Positions 37,044 to 48,656 of a stretch of DNA of 64,000 nucleotides are shown piece after piece (position 1 is the stretch's first letter; each line of letters opens with the position of its first letter). The notes beneath the pieces are model-generated. The model made no database searches. It saw only the letters and a program-made list of their open reading frames with translations, and was not told where the DNA came from. Position numbers and translations under genes: made by a program. Origin of the DNA: Coniocarpon cinnabarinum (lineage: Eukaryota); assembly GCA_051942205.1 (NCBI GenBank), contig JAVECO010000116.1:1-64000 (forward strand), read 5' to 3'.

Positions 37044-37534
37044 GTTGCAGATGAAGATGACAACAAGATGGCACGCTTGTGCACAAATCCGGTCTGGACA
37101 GTTTGATGCTGATACAGGTAAATGAGATAGACTACCCTGCCTGAACTATGCTAGCACAGTGCACGAGTTAAAAATAGCATCCCGTGACTTCTACACAACC
37201 TACAGCCGGCTCAAAAGTCATAGATTCTCGCCACCTACGCCCCTGTTCACCGGGTATCTTCACTGAGAAGTTGAATTCCCATCGTACCGAGCGATGTATC
37301 TTTGAAAGGCCTCGACTGAAAAGCTTTTCGGTGATTCAAATCGAGGTAACAACGTTCTCGACATGGAGTCGACATTGCATCGGATGTATACGCCAATAGA
37401 GCCAATACGAGAAGAATCGAAAAACGTACATTGCTTTTTATAGGCTTCAGGCATGTCTCTGCAAATATCATACAGCACTCCTTCCTAATTGTAGCTGGAT
37501 TGCATGCGTCCCCGCGTCAGACATTGCTGCTCCT

Positions 37535-38476
37535 TCATCCACTTCGATGTAACGACATGGCGACCAACGCCTCCGCAGCCTCAATTTCCTGCTTGGTAAA
37601 CCCCTTTGCACTCGTCATTGGCACAGCTTCTTCCTCGTCAGTGGTATCCTCTGTCCCCTCTCTCACGATCAGACACAACGAATTCTCCTGTAGTTCCGTG
37701 CGAATCTTCTTAAAACTCTTGGGCTCATATCGGACGCCGCGTCGCATCAGCGCCCCCTCGAGTAGATCTACTGCTGTCTGCACTCTCATATCCGCGGCGT
37801 GAGCGACTTCTACGGTTGGAGCCATGTCGCGGACTCGCTCAAGGTAGTTGCGCTGCTCACACTCCATACAAGTCCTGGAGAGGCTAGGCAGCAGGTTGAA
37901 ATCGTCATCTGTGCGGTAAAAGAGCGCGATAGGTAGGACGTTGAAACATTGCTGGCACATTTGACGGCTATTGGTGATGCGATTCTGCTCCTTTGGGCTA
38001 TCCAACTCTGTTTCGTCGTCGCTCTTTGCAGTCGTGCTTCCGTTCAGTTGGAGCGAACGGAGCGCAGAAGTAGGCACCTTCAATTTGACGACCAAGGACT
38101 GAGGGTCATCCGGAAAGATTCGGTTCTGAGTCGATGGCAGCGAAGAAATTGGTTGGTTTGCTGCGATAGCTCGCATAACTTCGGGGTCCTTGATCAAGGG
38201 TCGGGTATTAACAAGACGTGGCTTTCTGACTGTCGCTGCAGGATCTTCACGACGCTTGTGCACCGGGTGATTCTTGATCAGCGGAAGACGCGGCTTTCTC
38301 ACTTTCGTCGTGGGGTCTTCACGACGCTTGGGCAGCGGGGCGTAGTAATTGAAATTCGTTGGCTTGGAGGATGAACGCAGGGAGGGAGCCATCACAGTTG
38401 TAGATTGGTGGGTGTTGTATCTGCTTTGCTCGTTGTTTGAAGCAGATTTGAGGAATTGCGAATGGATTGGAGCCAT
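37535..38476 (-). CDS. Hypothetical protein with a CxxC..CxxC motif (start uncertain)
   Basis: ORF over 300 aa with CQQC...CMEC and a duplicated KRREDP...VRKPRL segment. Confidence 0.6.
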   Translation of the reverse strand: MAPIHSQFLKSASNNEQSRYNTHQSTTVMAPSLRSSSKPTNFNYYAPLPKRREDPTTKVRKPRLPLIKNHPVHKRREDPAATVRKPRLVNTRPLIKDPEVMRAIAANQPISSLPSTQNRIFPDDPQSLVVKLKVPTSALRSLQLNGSTTAKSDDETELDSPKEQNRITNSRQMCQQCFNVLPIALFYRTDDDFNLLPSLSRTCMECEQRNYLERVRDMAPTVEVAHAADMRVQTAVDLLEGALMRRGVRYEPKSFKKIRTELQENSLCLIVREGTEDTTDEEEAVPMTSAKGFTKQEIEAAEALVAMSLHRSG

Positions 38477-38693
38477 GGAGGAGTTTTGTAGACGAGGAAT
38501 CAAGGTGGCGGGCGCAGCTCAACAGTGTGTGGAAGATGTTCACACAGTGTATAGAAAATCTCACAGTAGTTGCATTGACTTTAATTCAACCTTGAAAGAC
38601 AGCTAATCAGCTTTCGCCGCCTTCTTGCGGGCATTTAACGAAATAAAAAAGGAGCAAAAATGCTGCTTGTTGCCACCCCGAATCCACCCCAAT

Positions 38694-39482
38694 CTACCTC
38701 CTTCCTCTCACATAGCTGGTCCTCTGCCGAGGATCCCCCATCCAGCGCTGCTCCACCCGCTCTTCCTCTTCTTCCTCCCCAACATTCTCCCCAAAATCCG
38801 CGCTAATGATCGATGGCTCAACTGGCGCAGGCACACGAGGCCCGACGCCACGAGGCAGCGGTGCTGGCTGGTCCACAGGCGTGGACCCCGACGACAAAGA
38901 CCTGGCTCGAGCGTGCGCAATTGTTTCAACGCATTCAAGCTCCGTGGCTGCTGCGCTGATTGTGGAGTCGGACGATCCGGGAGGCCGGATCGATTCAATT
39001 TGGCTGCGCGGCTGACTTGATAGATGGGTTCGTGCAGCACGAACCCGCCGGCGGACTTCCTCCTCTTCATCGTACGCCCCGTATCGTCGGAGCAGCGCAG
39101 CGGTCCCCTCCAGGAGGCGGGAGCAAACGCGCGACAAGACCTCGATTGAGTAAGGAGCTCTGACTGGAGGATTTTGCAGGTCCAGGATGGGCTGAGGCCC
39201 ATGAGTGGCATCCGGCCCAATTATTCGTTCGCAGTACTGACTTGTAGGAGAGGTGAGGGCCCGGCTATTTGCCAATTCGAAAAGAATATTAGCCGCAGAA
39301 AGGTCGCTGTTGGCTCCTTGCACAAGACTCGTCTCGCGGAGTCCGCGCCTCAGGGCATGAGGTGAGGTTGTAGTTGGCCGCTGGGAGTCCATGGAGGCTT
39401 CATCGTCGGATGATGGAGATGAAGATGAATAGTGATTGCTTGATTCAGGCGTGTCGCCACCGTAGCTGCGAGGAGGATCCAT
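38694..39482 (-). CDS. Hypothetical low-complexity protein
   Basis: ORF from MDPPRSYGG; no recognised domain. Confidence 0.5.
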   Translation of the reverse strand: MDPPRSYGGDTPESSNHYSSSSPSSDDEASMDSQRPTTTSPHALRRGLRETSLVQGANSDLSAANILFELANSRALTSPTSQYCERIIGPDATHGPQPILDLQNPPVRAPYSIEVLSRVCSRLLEGTAALLRRYGAYDEEEEVRRRVRAARTHLSSQPRSQIESIRPPGSSDSTISAAATELECVETIAHARARSLSSGSTPVDQPAPLPRGVGPRVPAPVEPSIISADFGENVGEEEEEERVEQRWMGDPRQRTSYVRGRR

Positions 39483-40499
39483 CGGTATCCAAATCGTATA
39501 GAGAGGCGGTGACTGAGGCGAGAGGCGATGGCAGAAAGCAGAGACAGTCAAGTGTAAACAAGTTTGACTGGCCAACAGGACGCTAACCGTTTTTGCCGGG
39601 AGTTCAAGGTGAATGAAATGTAGATAGGCTGGATTCTCGAGCTAGGCAATTTCAAGGTGTCAAGGTGGTAACCGCCTCCTCATTAAACTCCTGAAATGGC
39701 CTAGGTTTTTTCCACAGAGAGCTTCTTGGTTGACGCGTTGGAGAAAATCGGAGGGCAGTACACTTTCGTTCGACATCGGATTGGGTAATTTGGCGGTAAT
39801 GTACACTGCAAACGCACTGTGTCGTCAAAGAACACTAGCTAACATTGCTGCCACTGTCTCCATCTTGTGCTGATTCGTGCTTGACTCGCTGCAACTTGTT
39901 GAATATCGGAATCAGGATTAAGGCATAAATCCAGCTCAAACGGCATGTTTGGAGTGTTGTCAAAAGCCAGAAAAGAGTAAAAAAGACTCGTTGTCATACC
40001 AAATCGAATAAGCAACTAATGAGAAGGGGCATACGATGGATGAAAATTCGGGAAAGAATTGCTGAAGAGGAGCTGCTTTATACAAGTCGGATCAGCGGGA
40101 GCTTTTGCGTCATGGTGAAATGATGATGCATATCATTCATTCAGGGCAAGGACCCACATGTCATAGAGGGAAGTTCGACACGTCTCCATCACAGCCGCCT
40201 CACTCATCTGGTCTTTGGAAACGTGCAGACTGGAAGATGGAAGTGCTTGAGAGATGGTTAAGGGCACATACCACAATTTTACCAAGTAAAAAGCCCGGTA
40301 CGTGCATGCATTTTCCTTCGGGCACCTGGCATGGGACTCCTCGCACGAATGAAAGAGCCAGGTATGTGGATTGTGAACATTTATTGAATTCTTTCATACG
40401 CTTCTGCACGATTGCAATAGGATTCCTTCATACAAACCACAGGCTTCATCTTCCCGCAAAAATGGCTACTCGGCAGGTAGGTAACACTGAAGAACAAGC

Positions 40500-42374
40500 C
40501 TAAGACACAGGTTCACCCACCGGAATCCTAACGCCGTGGTTGCCCTTGTACATCGGTGACCGTGGTGGTTTCCAGCCAAGCATCACCTTTTCTCTCTGGC
40601 CTTCAGCGAGTCGGTACACCTCAACAGCCAGTGGACGGCAGGTGCTCTTCATAGCAGCGTCATCGTCCCAATTCCAGCAACTCAGGTCGCCCCCTGGACA
40701 TGCCGACAACGCGCACAGTAGGTCTATCTCCGCGAAGAACTCGATGAAATCTTCACCAGTGCCAGGAGGGATGCCGCCAGCTGTCTGCGATTGACCTGAG
40801 AATTGATTAGGGTAGGCTTGTGGTTGACTTAGCGCAGGGTTGATGTTAGGGTTCATGTTTGCTTGAGCAGGGCCGTACTCGTATGGATTCTGTGGCAGAC
40901 TGTTGATAGTGTGAGATGCTGCAAACTGCCCCTCAGTTCCAACCGCAGGACAAGGGGCCATGAAGTATCGACCATCATTGTCAAGGCCTGTAACCTGGAA
41001 CACGTTCAGAACATCGTGCACATCAGACTCTGACAGACCGTGCGGAAGAACGGCTCGGACGAGGTTGGAGTGGCAGCTGTAATTGAAATCTTCACCGTCG
41101 CCAGGCTCTTGATTCTCATCGTCTTCACCTTCGCCGTCCTCCTGGGCCCACTGGTTGGCATTGATGGGTGGGGGCTTGCCACTCGTAAGCATCTTGCGGA
41201 CGTACGGATCACAGCGGGTACCGAGAAGATCGTGGCAACGCCCACCACAACGGTCAACGCCGTATCCAGCAAGGCTGTCGGCTGTCACAGTCACCATAGG
41301 ACGCATGTAAGGAAGACAGGACCACAATCGATCAAAGACACGAACATGACTAGCGTGCAACTGGCGAGTACGGGAGGCCCAGAAACGTTCACGAGGATTG
41401 TGTTGGTTCCAAATATTCAAGTCACCCACCTGAGGGCCCTGTGGAGTCAGAATGCGCACGATCTGTCCCGCGGACACCTTGAAAGCGATCCCACCGCGAG
41501 GCGGGCAGATCTGGTCTTGCACTTTGACACGAGCGCCCGTCGTGTGAGCGGTGGCTGCGATGCGAGTGTATAACATGCGGTCAACATGCAGCGGTGAGTC
41601 GGCAGTGGCAGTATAAGCTGGATGCGGGTGATATGGGTATGGCGGATGTCTGATTGATTGCGGTGGCATGTACGTCGGTGCAGTAGGAGCTGCTACACCA
41701 GGAACATCGGGTGCGCCAACAGAAGCGCGTCCGGTATGCGGGAGTTCACTTTTGCGCTTCCTTCCAGAATTGTGACGCATAGGTATGGAGTAACGTGCTT
41801 TGTATCCGGCAAGCCAACCATTACTGAAGACAGGCATCTGTTTGCCTTTGTAACATTCCAGTTGACCCCAGAGGTTCTTGGCTGTATCTCTAATCAAGTC
41901 TCCGGTGACTGTGATGCCTTGCTCCTCCTGACGCATGTGCTCAGCATACAGCGCCTCTTCCAAAGCAGGAAAATCCGACGCGCGATGCTTGCGAGTATTC
42001 TCATTTGCCATGGTAAGGTCATCCAAGTCCGGTCGATCGCTGGCAAGAATGAGCGAGATGGTGCTCTGAGACATACGGACGCCATATTTCTCTTCGAACC
42101 AGTCAATTAGCTGCTTCTGCGTCGGACGCGGGTCGCTACGAGCTTGCGCCCGCAGAGCCGCGCGCTGCGCATCTGTATAAGCATTACGGCGCTTTGGAGT
42201 CTTGTCGAGGGCGGAGCCGTTGGCATCCTGAGTCTGCTCAAGATCCTGTTCGTGGTCCGCATCCGGCTCCGGATCCTCGACGATCTCAGGCTCGGTGTCG
42301 CCGTCGACAGGCTGCGGCTGTGATTGAGCGTTTCCAGCAAGGGAAGCCAAGAGGGAGGACTCGTCAGGGTTCAT
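40500..42374 (-). CDS. CENP-B/pogo-type double HTH fused to DUF1989 (urea carboxylase-associated family) domain
   Basis: RRNAYTDAQRAALR..TQKQLIDWF..SQSTISLIL and FPALEEAL..VTGDLIR..FSNGWLAGYKARY, then GPQVGDLNIWN..ERFWASRTRQLH..CHDLLGTRCDPY..CHSNL..FIEFFAEIDLLCALSACP. Confidence 0.85.
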   Translation of the reverse strand: MNPDESSLLASLAGNAQSQPQPVDGDTEPEIVEDPEPDADHEQDLEQTQDANGSALDKTPKRRNAYTDAQRAALRAQARSDPRPTQKQLIDWFEEKYGVRMSQSTISLILASDRPDLDDLTMANENTRKHRASDFPALEEALYAEHMRQEEQGITVTGDLIRDTAKNLWGQLECYKGKQMPVFSNGWLAGYKARYSIPMRHNSGRKRKSELPHTGRASVGAPDVPGVAAPTAPTYMPPQSIRHPPYPYHPHPAYTATADSPLHVDRMLYTRIAATAHTTGARVKVQDQICPPRGGIAFKVSAGQIVRILTPQGPQVGDLNIWNQHNPRERFWASRTRQLHASHVRVFDRLWSCLPYMRPMVTVTADSLAGYGVDRCGGRCHDLLGTRCDPYVRKMLTSGKPPPINANQWAQEDGEGEDDENQEPGDGEDFNYSCHSNLVRAVLPHGLSESDVHDVLNVFQVTGLDNDGRYFMAPCPAVGTEGQFAASHTINSLPQNPYEYGPAQANMNPNINPALSQPQAYPNQFSGQSQTAGGIPPGTGEDFIEFFAEIDLLCALSACPGGDLSCWNWDDDAAMKSTCRPLAVEVYRLAEGQREKVMLGWKPPRSPMYKGNHGVRIPVGEPVS

Positions 42375-42619
42375 CGTTGCGGAGGATCTGATCGAGGTGG
42401 AAAGGGATGATATGTATCGAAGCGAGCGAGACTATCGCGCGCGTCGCGAGGAGAAGTGACAAGCAGAGCTAATAATATCCAACGCAAGGGCCCGTGCACG
42501 CTTTGGAAGTATCTCCGTGCTAAGCCCGGATCATGACTCGCGCATCCAGAATCCCAACTCGTCATTCGATTGCAGACGAGGACATCTCAAGGTACAGGTA
42601 AAATCACATCTCAATCCCA

Positions 42620-43789
42620 ATGCGTCCATATCGAGCCCCGTACAGATGCTGGCAATGTACCGCTCGACTTCTTCACACCTCCTCCGCGCAAGCTGCAAAC
42701 CCTGTACCCCATCCGCCTGCGCCAGGACCGCCGCCGAAGCCTCCTAACGCCAACCCAGCCTTTGTGGACGACCGAGTAGCCCGCAAGCGCAAGCAAGCAG
42801 AGCAGTTACGTCTTGGGCGACAGCTTGAAGCGACCCCAACAAAACCTGGTGTAAGCCTCCAGAAAAGGTTCTGGAAGGACGTGGTGGTGCACGATACCGA
42901 GGGTGTGTTGTAATCATGCGCCTGCTGTCTGTTGCTTTGGGGCTGACCACCACTCGTCTGAACAGATGGCTACCAGATCCATCTTGACTCTCGCCCTGTG
43001 CGAACTGCCACCAAATCTGTGCTCGCTGTGCCTCGCTCAAAGCCACAACTTGCCACGGCGATAGCGCACGAATGGGACTCTCTGGTGTCGGCGCAACAAG
43101 CGCTCAAGCAGCACTACATCCCGCTGACATCTCTTGCATCGCGTGCCATCGACGTTGAAAGCGGTGACCGCTCAGGTGACACTTCCATTCGCGACTCTAT
43201 CATCCAGATGGTCATGGGCTACCTTCGGACCGACACGCTGCTGTGTTGGGCCCCAGAAAAAAACTTGCACGATCCCAGTCAGAACACTAGTGCCAACATG
43301 GACGAGCGAGCGCCGGGCTCTGCATCATCTGCTGAAACTTTGCGATCGCGTCAGATCTCCGTGGCGCAGCCTATTATCGCGCATCTTACGATGCACATTT
43401 GGCCCGGTGTAGAGCTGAACCCAGTGTTAGAATCTTCCAACATCATGCCTACGCCGCAGCCGGAGATGACACAGCAGATTGTGCAAGGTTGGGTGAGCGG
43501 ATTGCCGGCGTATGAACTGGCCGGTTTGGAACGTGGGGTGTTGGCCAGTAAAAGCATGTGTATTGGAGCCAGACTGTTGACGCAGTGGAGTCCACACTTC
43601 GGTGTTGCAGATGGAAGCGAGGTTGACAAGCGAGAATTTGGCATCGAGGAGGCTGCCGAAGCTTCCAGTCTTGAAGTTTCGTGGCAGACGCAGATGTGGG
43701 GCGAAGTCGAGGACACACACGATGTCGACAAGGAGGATTTGAGGCGACAGTTGGGAAGTGTGATCATACTTGTGCATACGCATTCATAG
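42620..43789 (+). CDS. ATP12: Mitochondrial F1-ATPase assembly factor Atp12, 2 exons
   Basis: KRFWKDV, intron 42903-42965, IHLDSRPVRT, LATAIAHEWD, PLTSLASRAID, LEVSWQTQMWGEVEDTHD. Confidence 0.93.
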
Positions 43790-43862
43790 ATTTAGAGTCA
43801 TAGACTGGTGCATATCAAGGATAAATAGGTAATTCATCACGCACGTTAGAGCAAGTAGAAGG

Positions 43863-45149
43863 TCATTTTTTCCGCGCCACCCAGTGGCTCGGTCGATATT
43901 GGTACTGTAGCATACTCAGGGTATCTTGTATGTACCCAGTTTCTCTCTGAGGGCCTGGGGGCTCATGAGTGACGATTTCGAATCCCGAGTCCTCTAGCAG
44001 CAGCAAGACTTCGTCATCAGACAGCTCGAAACTGCCCTGGGAGCCAATCGTCTTGTTCTGCATGTCATGCTTGTCTGCATTGCCACCTTCGTCAATTCTG
44101 CTACTCGTTCCTTGTCTCCTTGCATGCTCGGCGCCATCGAAGTGCCAAAGTAATGGTCCAACATTGATCCACAATGCACCTTTGCTCAAAACGTTCTTTA
44201 CGGTCTCAATGTATTTGATCAGATTCGGTGCTGTATCTATGAAGAACACGCTCACTACTGCGTCAAACTCAGCATCACGCGCACTGCCATAGACTTCGCA
44301 AAAGTCACCACTGGTCATACTCATTTCTCCCGCACCTTTGCCCATCCCAGCGAGTATCTTCTCGGGAAGCACATCCGGCACCCTCACGCTTCTGAACTGA
44401 TCAGACCGCTGAGCTCGATTAGAGAAGTTGCAACACCATGGGTAGAGTGCCCACTTTTCCACCTCGGTACTATGGTTGAGGACGAAACTACTGGCAAACA
44501 ATTGATGATAGCTTAGCTCGTTGCCTTCGACGTTAAAGCCACGGCTTGCAAGATCGAGGACAAGGCGGCCCAGGCCGGCACCAGGCACGAGGATTTTGGA
44601 AGTGGAAGGAAGTCCAGAATCTCTTAACGCATCGAAGACGGGGCCGTGGCAGACATTTCGCTCGGCACCGCCCTCAGACGACCAGTCGCGGTAGAGCTGA
44701 TTGATAGTAGATCGCGCTTTGGAATGGTCAAGCGGCATAGCACTGCCTCGGGACAACTCTGCAGCCACTCCGCCAGTCGTGGCATCATCGTTGTCGCATT
44801 GCCGATCATGCGCGCGTTCATCGCCATGTACCCCTGCGCTGAGGCCAAAGTTATCTAGGGCATTTCTGTAGATGATCTCGGCAAGATCTGCGTTCGTGTC
44901 AATGCAGTCATCTACTCTCTCCAGCGTATCCAGGTAATTGACAGGCGGCCCTGCCAGACGCTGCCAATGTGATTGAGGCAGGGCATAGAAGGCTTGACGG
45001 CGGGCGTGTGTGGTCGTCATATGCGTATGGGCTCGGTACTGACGGAATGAGTCGAGCACAGAGAGGAGATGTTCACGCTCAAGGGGATCTGCAAAGGGAT
45101 CGAGGTTTTCGCCTTCTGGAAGCGGTTCGCACCCGTCGGGACCGTCCAT
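43863..45149 (-). CDS. N2227-family SAM methyltransferase (carnosine N-methyltransferase-like)
   Basis: QLYRDWSSEG, ILVPGAGLGRL, EGNELSYHQL, GDF, VFFIDTAPN, WINVGPLLWH. Confidence 0.92.
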   Translation of the reverse strand: MDGPDGCEPLPEGENLDPFADPLEREHLLSVLDSFRQYRAHTHMTTTHARRQAFYALPQSHWQRLAGPPVNYLDTLERVDDCIDTNADLAEIIYRNALDNFGLSAGVHGDERAHDRQCDNDDATTGGVAAELSRGSAMPLDHSKARSTINQLYRDWSSEGGAERNVCHGPVFDALRDSGLPSTSKILVPGAGLGRLVLDLASRGFNVEGNELSYHQLFASSFVLNHSTEVEKWALYPWCCNFSNRAQRSDQFRSVRVPDVLPEKILAGMGKGAGEMSMTSGDFCEVYGSARDAEFDAVVSVFFIDTAPNLIKYIETVKNVLSKGALWINVGPLLWHFDGAEHARRQGTSSRIDEGGNADKHDMQNKTIGSQGSFELSDDEVLLLLEDSGFEIVTHEPPGPQRETGYIQDTLSMLQYQYRPSHWVARKK

Positions 45150-45672
45150 GGCTTTGCATCAAAAGGGGTTTAAAAGCCACTGAAGGATCCAGATTGGTGG
45201 CTAGGACCCGTAACAACGAGGACCTCACAGGTACGCTGCGCTGCTTGTTTACTTATAGCTTGGGTTAAAGACACCTCCAATGGGCGATGAAGTCGATAAT
45301 GTTCTTTCAGTATCTTTGCACTAGGTGACTGAGTAACTCGAGCTGCATGATCATTGAGCTGCGTCACCGATCTCAATCTTGTAACTGCCGTGCAGCATCG
45401 TTCACAGGCAGTGGATGGATATGTCGTTAGAGACAGGATAAATGTTTCGTAGGCAAGCCCCTGACGCCAAGGCGTTTTCAGTCTTGCCTGAGGCTTCAGG
45501 TATCGATAAGTATCTCACCCACGCGAGCGACCTTCCAAGAACTTTGCGCACTGAAAATTGGACCAACTTTGGAGGAAATGCTCTCACTTCAATGGAATTG
45601 AATGAGTCGTGACCAATGCGCTTGAGTGTCTTTGACATGATCTAGCGCAAAGGAGCACGTTCCCTCAGAGAC

Positions 45673-46191
45673 ATGGCTCCTATTCATCAAGCACAATCAG
45701 CACATCAAACCGACGCCTCAACCAGAACCGTGCAATTAGCCTTCTCCCTCAAGGCTAGCGATACCACACTAAATCTGCACGTTACCATCTACTCTCACGC
45801 ACTTGTCCTCTTCATTGCCACAAAAGCGGGTGAAGCGCTCCAAGCAGCCCTAACACAAGCCAACGAAGCCCTGGGGACCAATTCCGAGGAATCCCAACAC
45901 GAGGCCCGACCTCAGTCTAATGACTCAATGACGCTTGACTCCTTCGTAGTCGGCGTACCTGATTTATTGAACTCTTCCAAGCCGAATCCAAGTACCACGG
46001 CGCTGTACACAGAACCGCATTCATTAGACCTGTGCACGCGATTATGCAGGATGGTTACAACAAAGCTGCAGCGTGATGGACAGGCAAAGCAAGTGTACGT
46101 GGGTGTATGCGGTGGTGCAAAGTTCTGGAGTGCAGAGGATGAAGCAGAAGCTGTAAGGGGTGTTGTAGAGGCGGTAATGGAAGAGGTTTGA
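45673..46191 (+). CDS. Probable proteasome assembly chaperone 4 (PAC4)-like protein
   Basis: LVLFIAT..LDSFVVGVPD..STTALY..TRLCRMV..QVYVG pattern resembles fungal PAC4-like proteins. Confidence 0.55.
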   Translation: MAPIHQAQSAHQTDASTRTVQLAFSLKASDTTLNLHVTIYSHALVLFIATKAGEALQAALTQANEALGTNSEESQHEARPQSNDSMTLDSFVVGVPDLLNSSKPNPSTTALYTEPHSLDLCTRLCRMVTTKLQRDGQAKQVYVGVCGGAKFWSAEDEAEAVRGVVEAVMEEV

Positions 46192-46932
46192 CGCATTCGT
46201 AAATAACCAGTGCATTTCTGTGTCCTTCAAAAATTGATCAAATCGCGATTGCGTCTTGTACTGAATGCCGAAATGTCTGAGTCACTTATTCATCGCTGCG
46301 AATTGAACTTGGTGACGCGGATCAAGCGATGTTGTGGTAACACTCATTCGGGCATTGAACACAAGTTCGCATCGCACATCGTGACTGTCATAACACTGCT
46401 ATGTGCAGTTCAAGCCCCTGACTCCTACATTACAGGCAAAAGGGTCTGTGCAAAGGCAGCCATAGCGTTCTTTGTCTTGCATCTTGAATCTTGCTTGGCG
46501 GAGCATCTACTACTGCGTCGAGAACGATGAGGGGGCGTATAATGGAGGCTTACGCTGACGAGATCAAATGAGGTGACGAGGTTTTACTAAGCACTAAACA
46601 TCATGTATCACAGCGACCCTAAAATGGCAATTATCCTCGTCACTATCCAATTGCGGCCATGGAGCGGCCTCTCCGACGGCTGGTTTCTACCAACCACACG
46701 GGATATAGACGGAACTTGACATCATGGCTCCGGCGACAATACGAAGATCTAGGATGCTATCATTTCAGAGTCAAGGCTTGGCTGCTTACTCTTACTAAAA
46801 GGTGCATCATGGTCATTAGTCAACACAGCCATGGGAAAACAGGCATATATGGCCCTACCTCCACGAGCAGCTCCGCCGCGAGGTTGACTACGAAGCCACT
46901 TAGACTCTTGCACGGAGGAAATGATGCCAGCA

Positions 46933-48334
46933 ATGTTTCGTCCGATTCTTTTTGCTGCCGTGCTCGAGTGGTGTTTCGCCCTTCCACAGTATGGTACCGA
47001 CCAAGCTGGGCCTGACAATCAAGCTCTCTTGGGACTGACCGACGGTCTGAACTTTGCATTCACTCCCTCAAATACACCCCAACCGTTTGTCATTGATGTG
47101 GACCCGAATTTCATTGCAGCAACCACACTCAAAGCCGAGTTGTATCGTCCTTCCCGGAACATCACGCAACCCGACTGGACTGACGGGCCTCCAACTCGCG
47201 ATGTCAGTACCGTACAGCAGTTCTAGACTCACAACTATTCCTGGTTCGATTATCAGTCTCACCTCAACGAAAGGTTTATACAGTACACCACAACCGTGGA
47301 GGCCGGGCCAAACTTTACAGGGCCTGTGCATTTGCACTTCGCGCATCATCGCTCCAACCGCTCTAACGCGATCCCCCTGCTACTCATCCACGGCTGGCCG
47401 AGCTCGTTTACTGAGTGGGATGCAGTGATAGATGGTCTTGTGTCGCCACAGGATTCTGACTCACCCGCCTTCCACGCTGTTGCTCCAGACATCCCCGGTT
47501 TTGGCTTCTCGCCTGCACCGACGGTTCCTGGATTCAACGCACGCGCAGCAGGCATAGCAATGGACAATCTCATGAAGCAGCTCGACTACAGTAAATACGC
47601 CATTTATGTGACAGACCTTGGCAGCAGTGTCGGAGGGTGGATGGTTCATGACGCGGCTGATGCTGTCATTTCGCGACTAACTGACTTCTCCATCGTCAGT
47701 CCCACACCGTCCGACCTACAGCGATATGCAGCGAACCAAAGTACACCAGAGGAGAGCACCTTTCTCTCGCAATACATGCGTTTCGAAGCCAATGACACGG
47801 GTTACTCGGCCATTCATTCAACACGCCCGCTAGCTATTGCAGAATCACTCACCGACAGCCCCGTTGGGTTTATGGCGTGGATGTGGAACCTTCGACATCA
47901 AGCGTCCGGAGCATATGTTTATGGACCCGAGGAGCTCATCAACGACGCCATGATGCTCTATATTCAGGGCACATATGGCAACTTGCGTTCATACAAGGAA
48001 TGGTTTTCCGAGGGCGCTCTTAATCAGGCATCGTATCTGTCCTCCACCGTCCCCACTGGTGTAGGGCACTGGCACAGCGGACCGAGGGAGCTGAACGATC
48101 CATATGGGTTTGCCGTAAGTTATTGACATGAGCGATAGTGTATAGGTGCAGGCTGACTTTGATATTCTGTAGCCTGCTTCATGGATCCAGAGAAACGCCA
48201 ATCTCACATTCTTTAGGGACAATGATGTGGGGAATCATTTCCCAGCGACGTCGGCACCGCAACAGTGGCTTGAGGTGACACGAGAGTTCTTTGGCAATGC
48301 TAGCATCTCTGGCGTCGACAGTCTAAGTAAATGA
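46933..48334 (+). pseudogene. Secreted epoxide hydrolase (EHN + alpha/beta hydrolase) interrupted by one in-frame TAG at 47224-47226
   Basis: Signal peptide, QPFVIDV, IPLLLIHGWPSSF, VAPDIPGFGFS, TDLGS nucleophile. Intron 48115-48172 leads to GNHFPA with the catalytic His. The two ORF-track ORFs share a frame. Confidence 0.85.
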
Positions 48335-48656
48335 AAGCTTTGATGAACGTACGCGAAGGTCTTTCATAGCAAATGCGCTGGAGGTAGCAATACTTCTTTG
48401 CAGTTGTACCTGTATTTAGGGTTAAGTGCCCTTGTTTCAGCGCGAGTCATGTAGCTGCAAGAGTAAACAATGCCTCGTCTCAGATTCCTGTAATTTTAAC
48501 CTACCAGACTAAAGCCAAAAGGCCAATTCGTCCAGCGACATATTTGCCCATACGACCCTCTGACACTTTGATACGCTGTTTAGACTCTGTGCCCGAGCTG
48601 CATCTCATGCGGTACTGCTCTGCATTGGCTGCACAACTACGTGACACGCACTTCTC

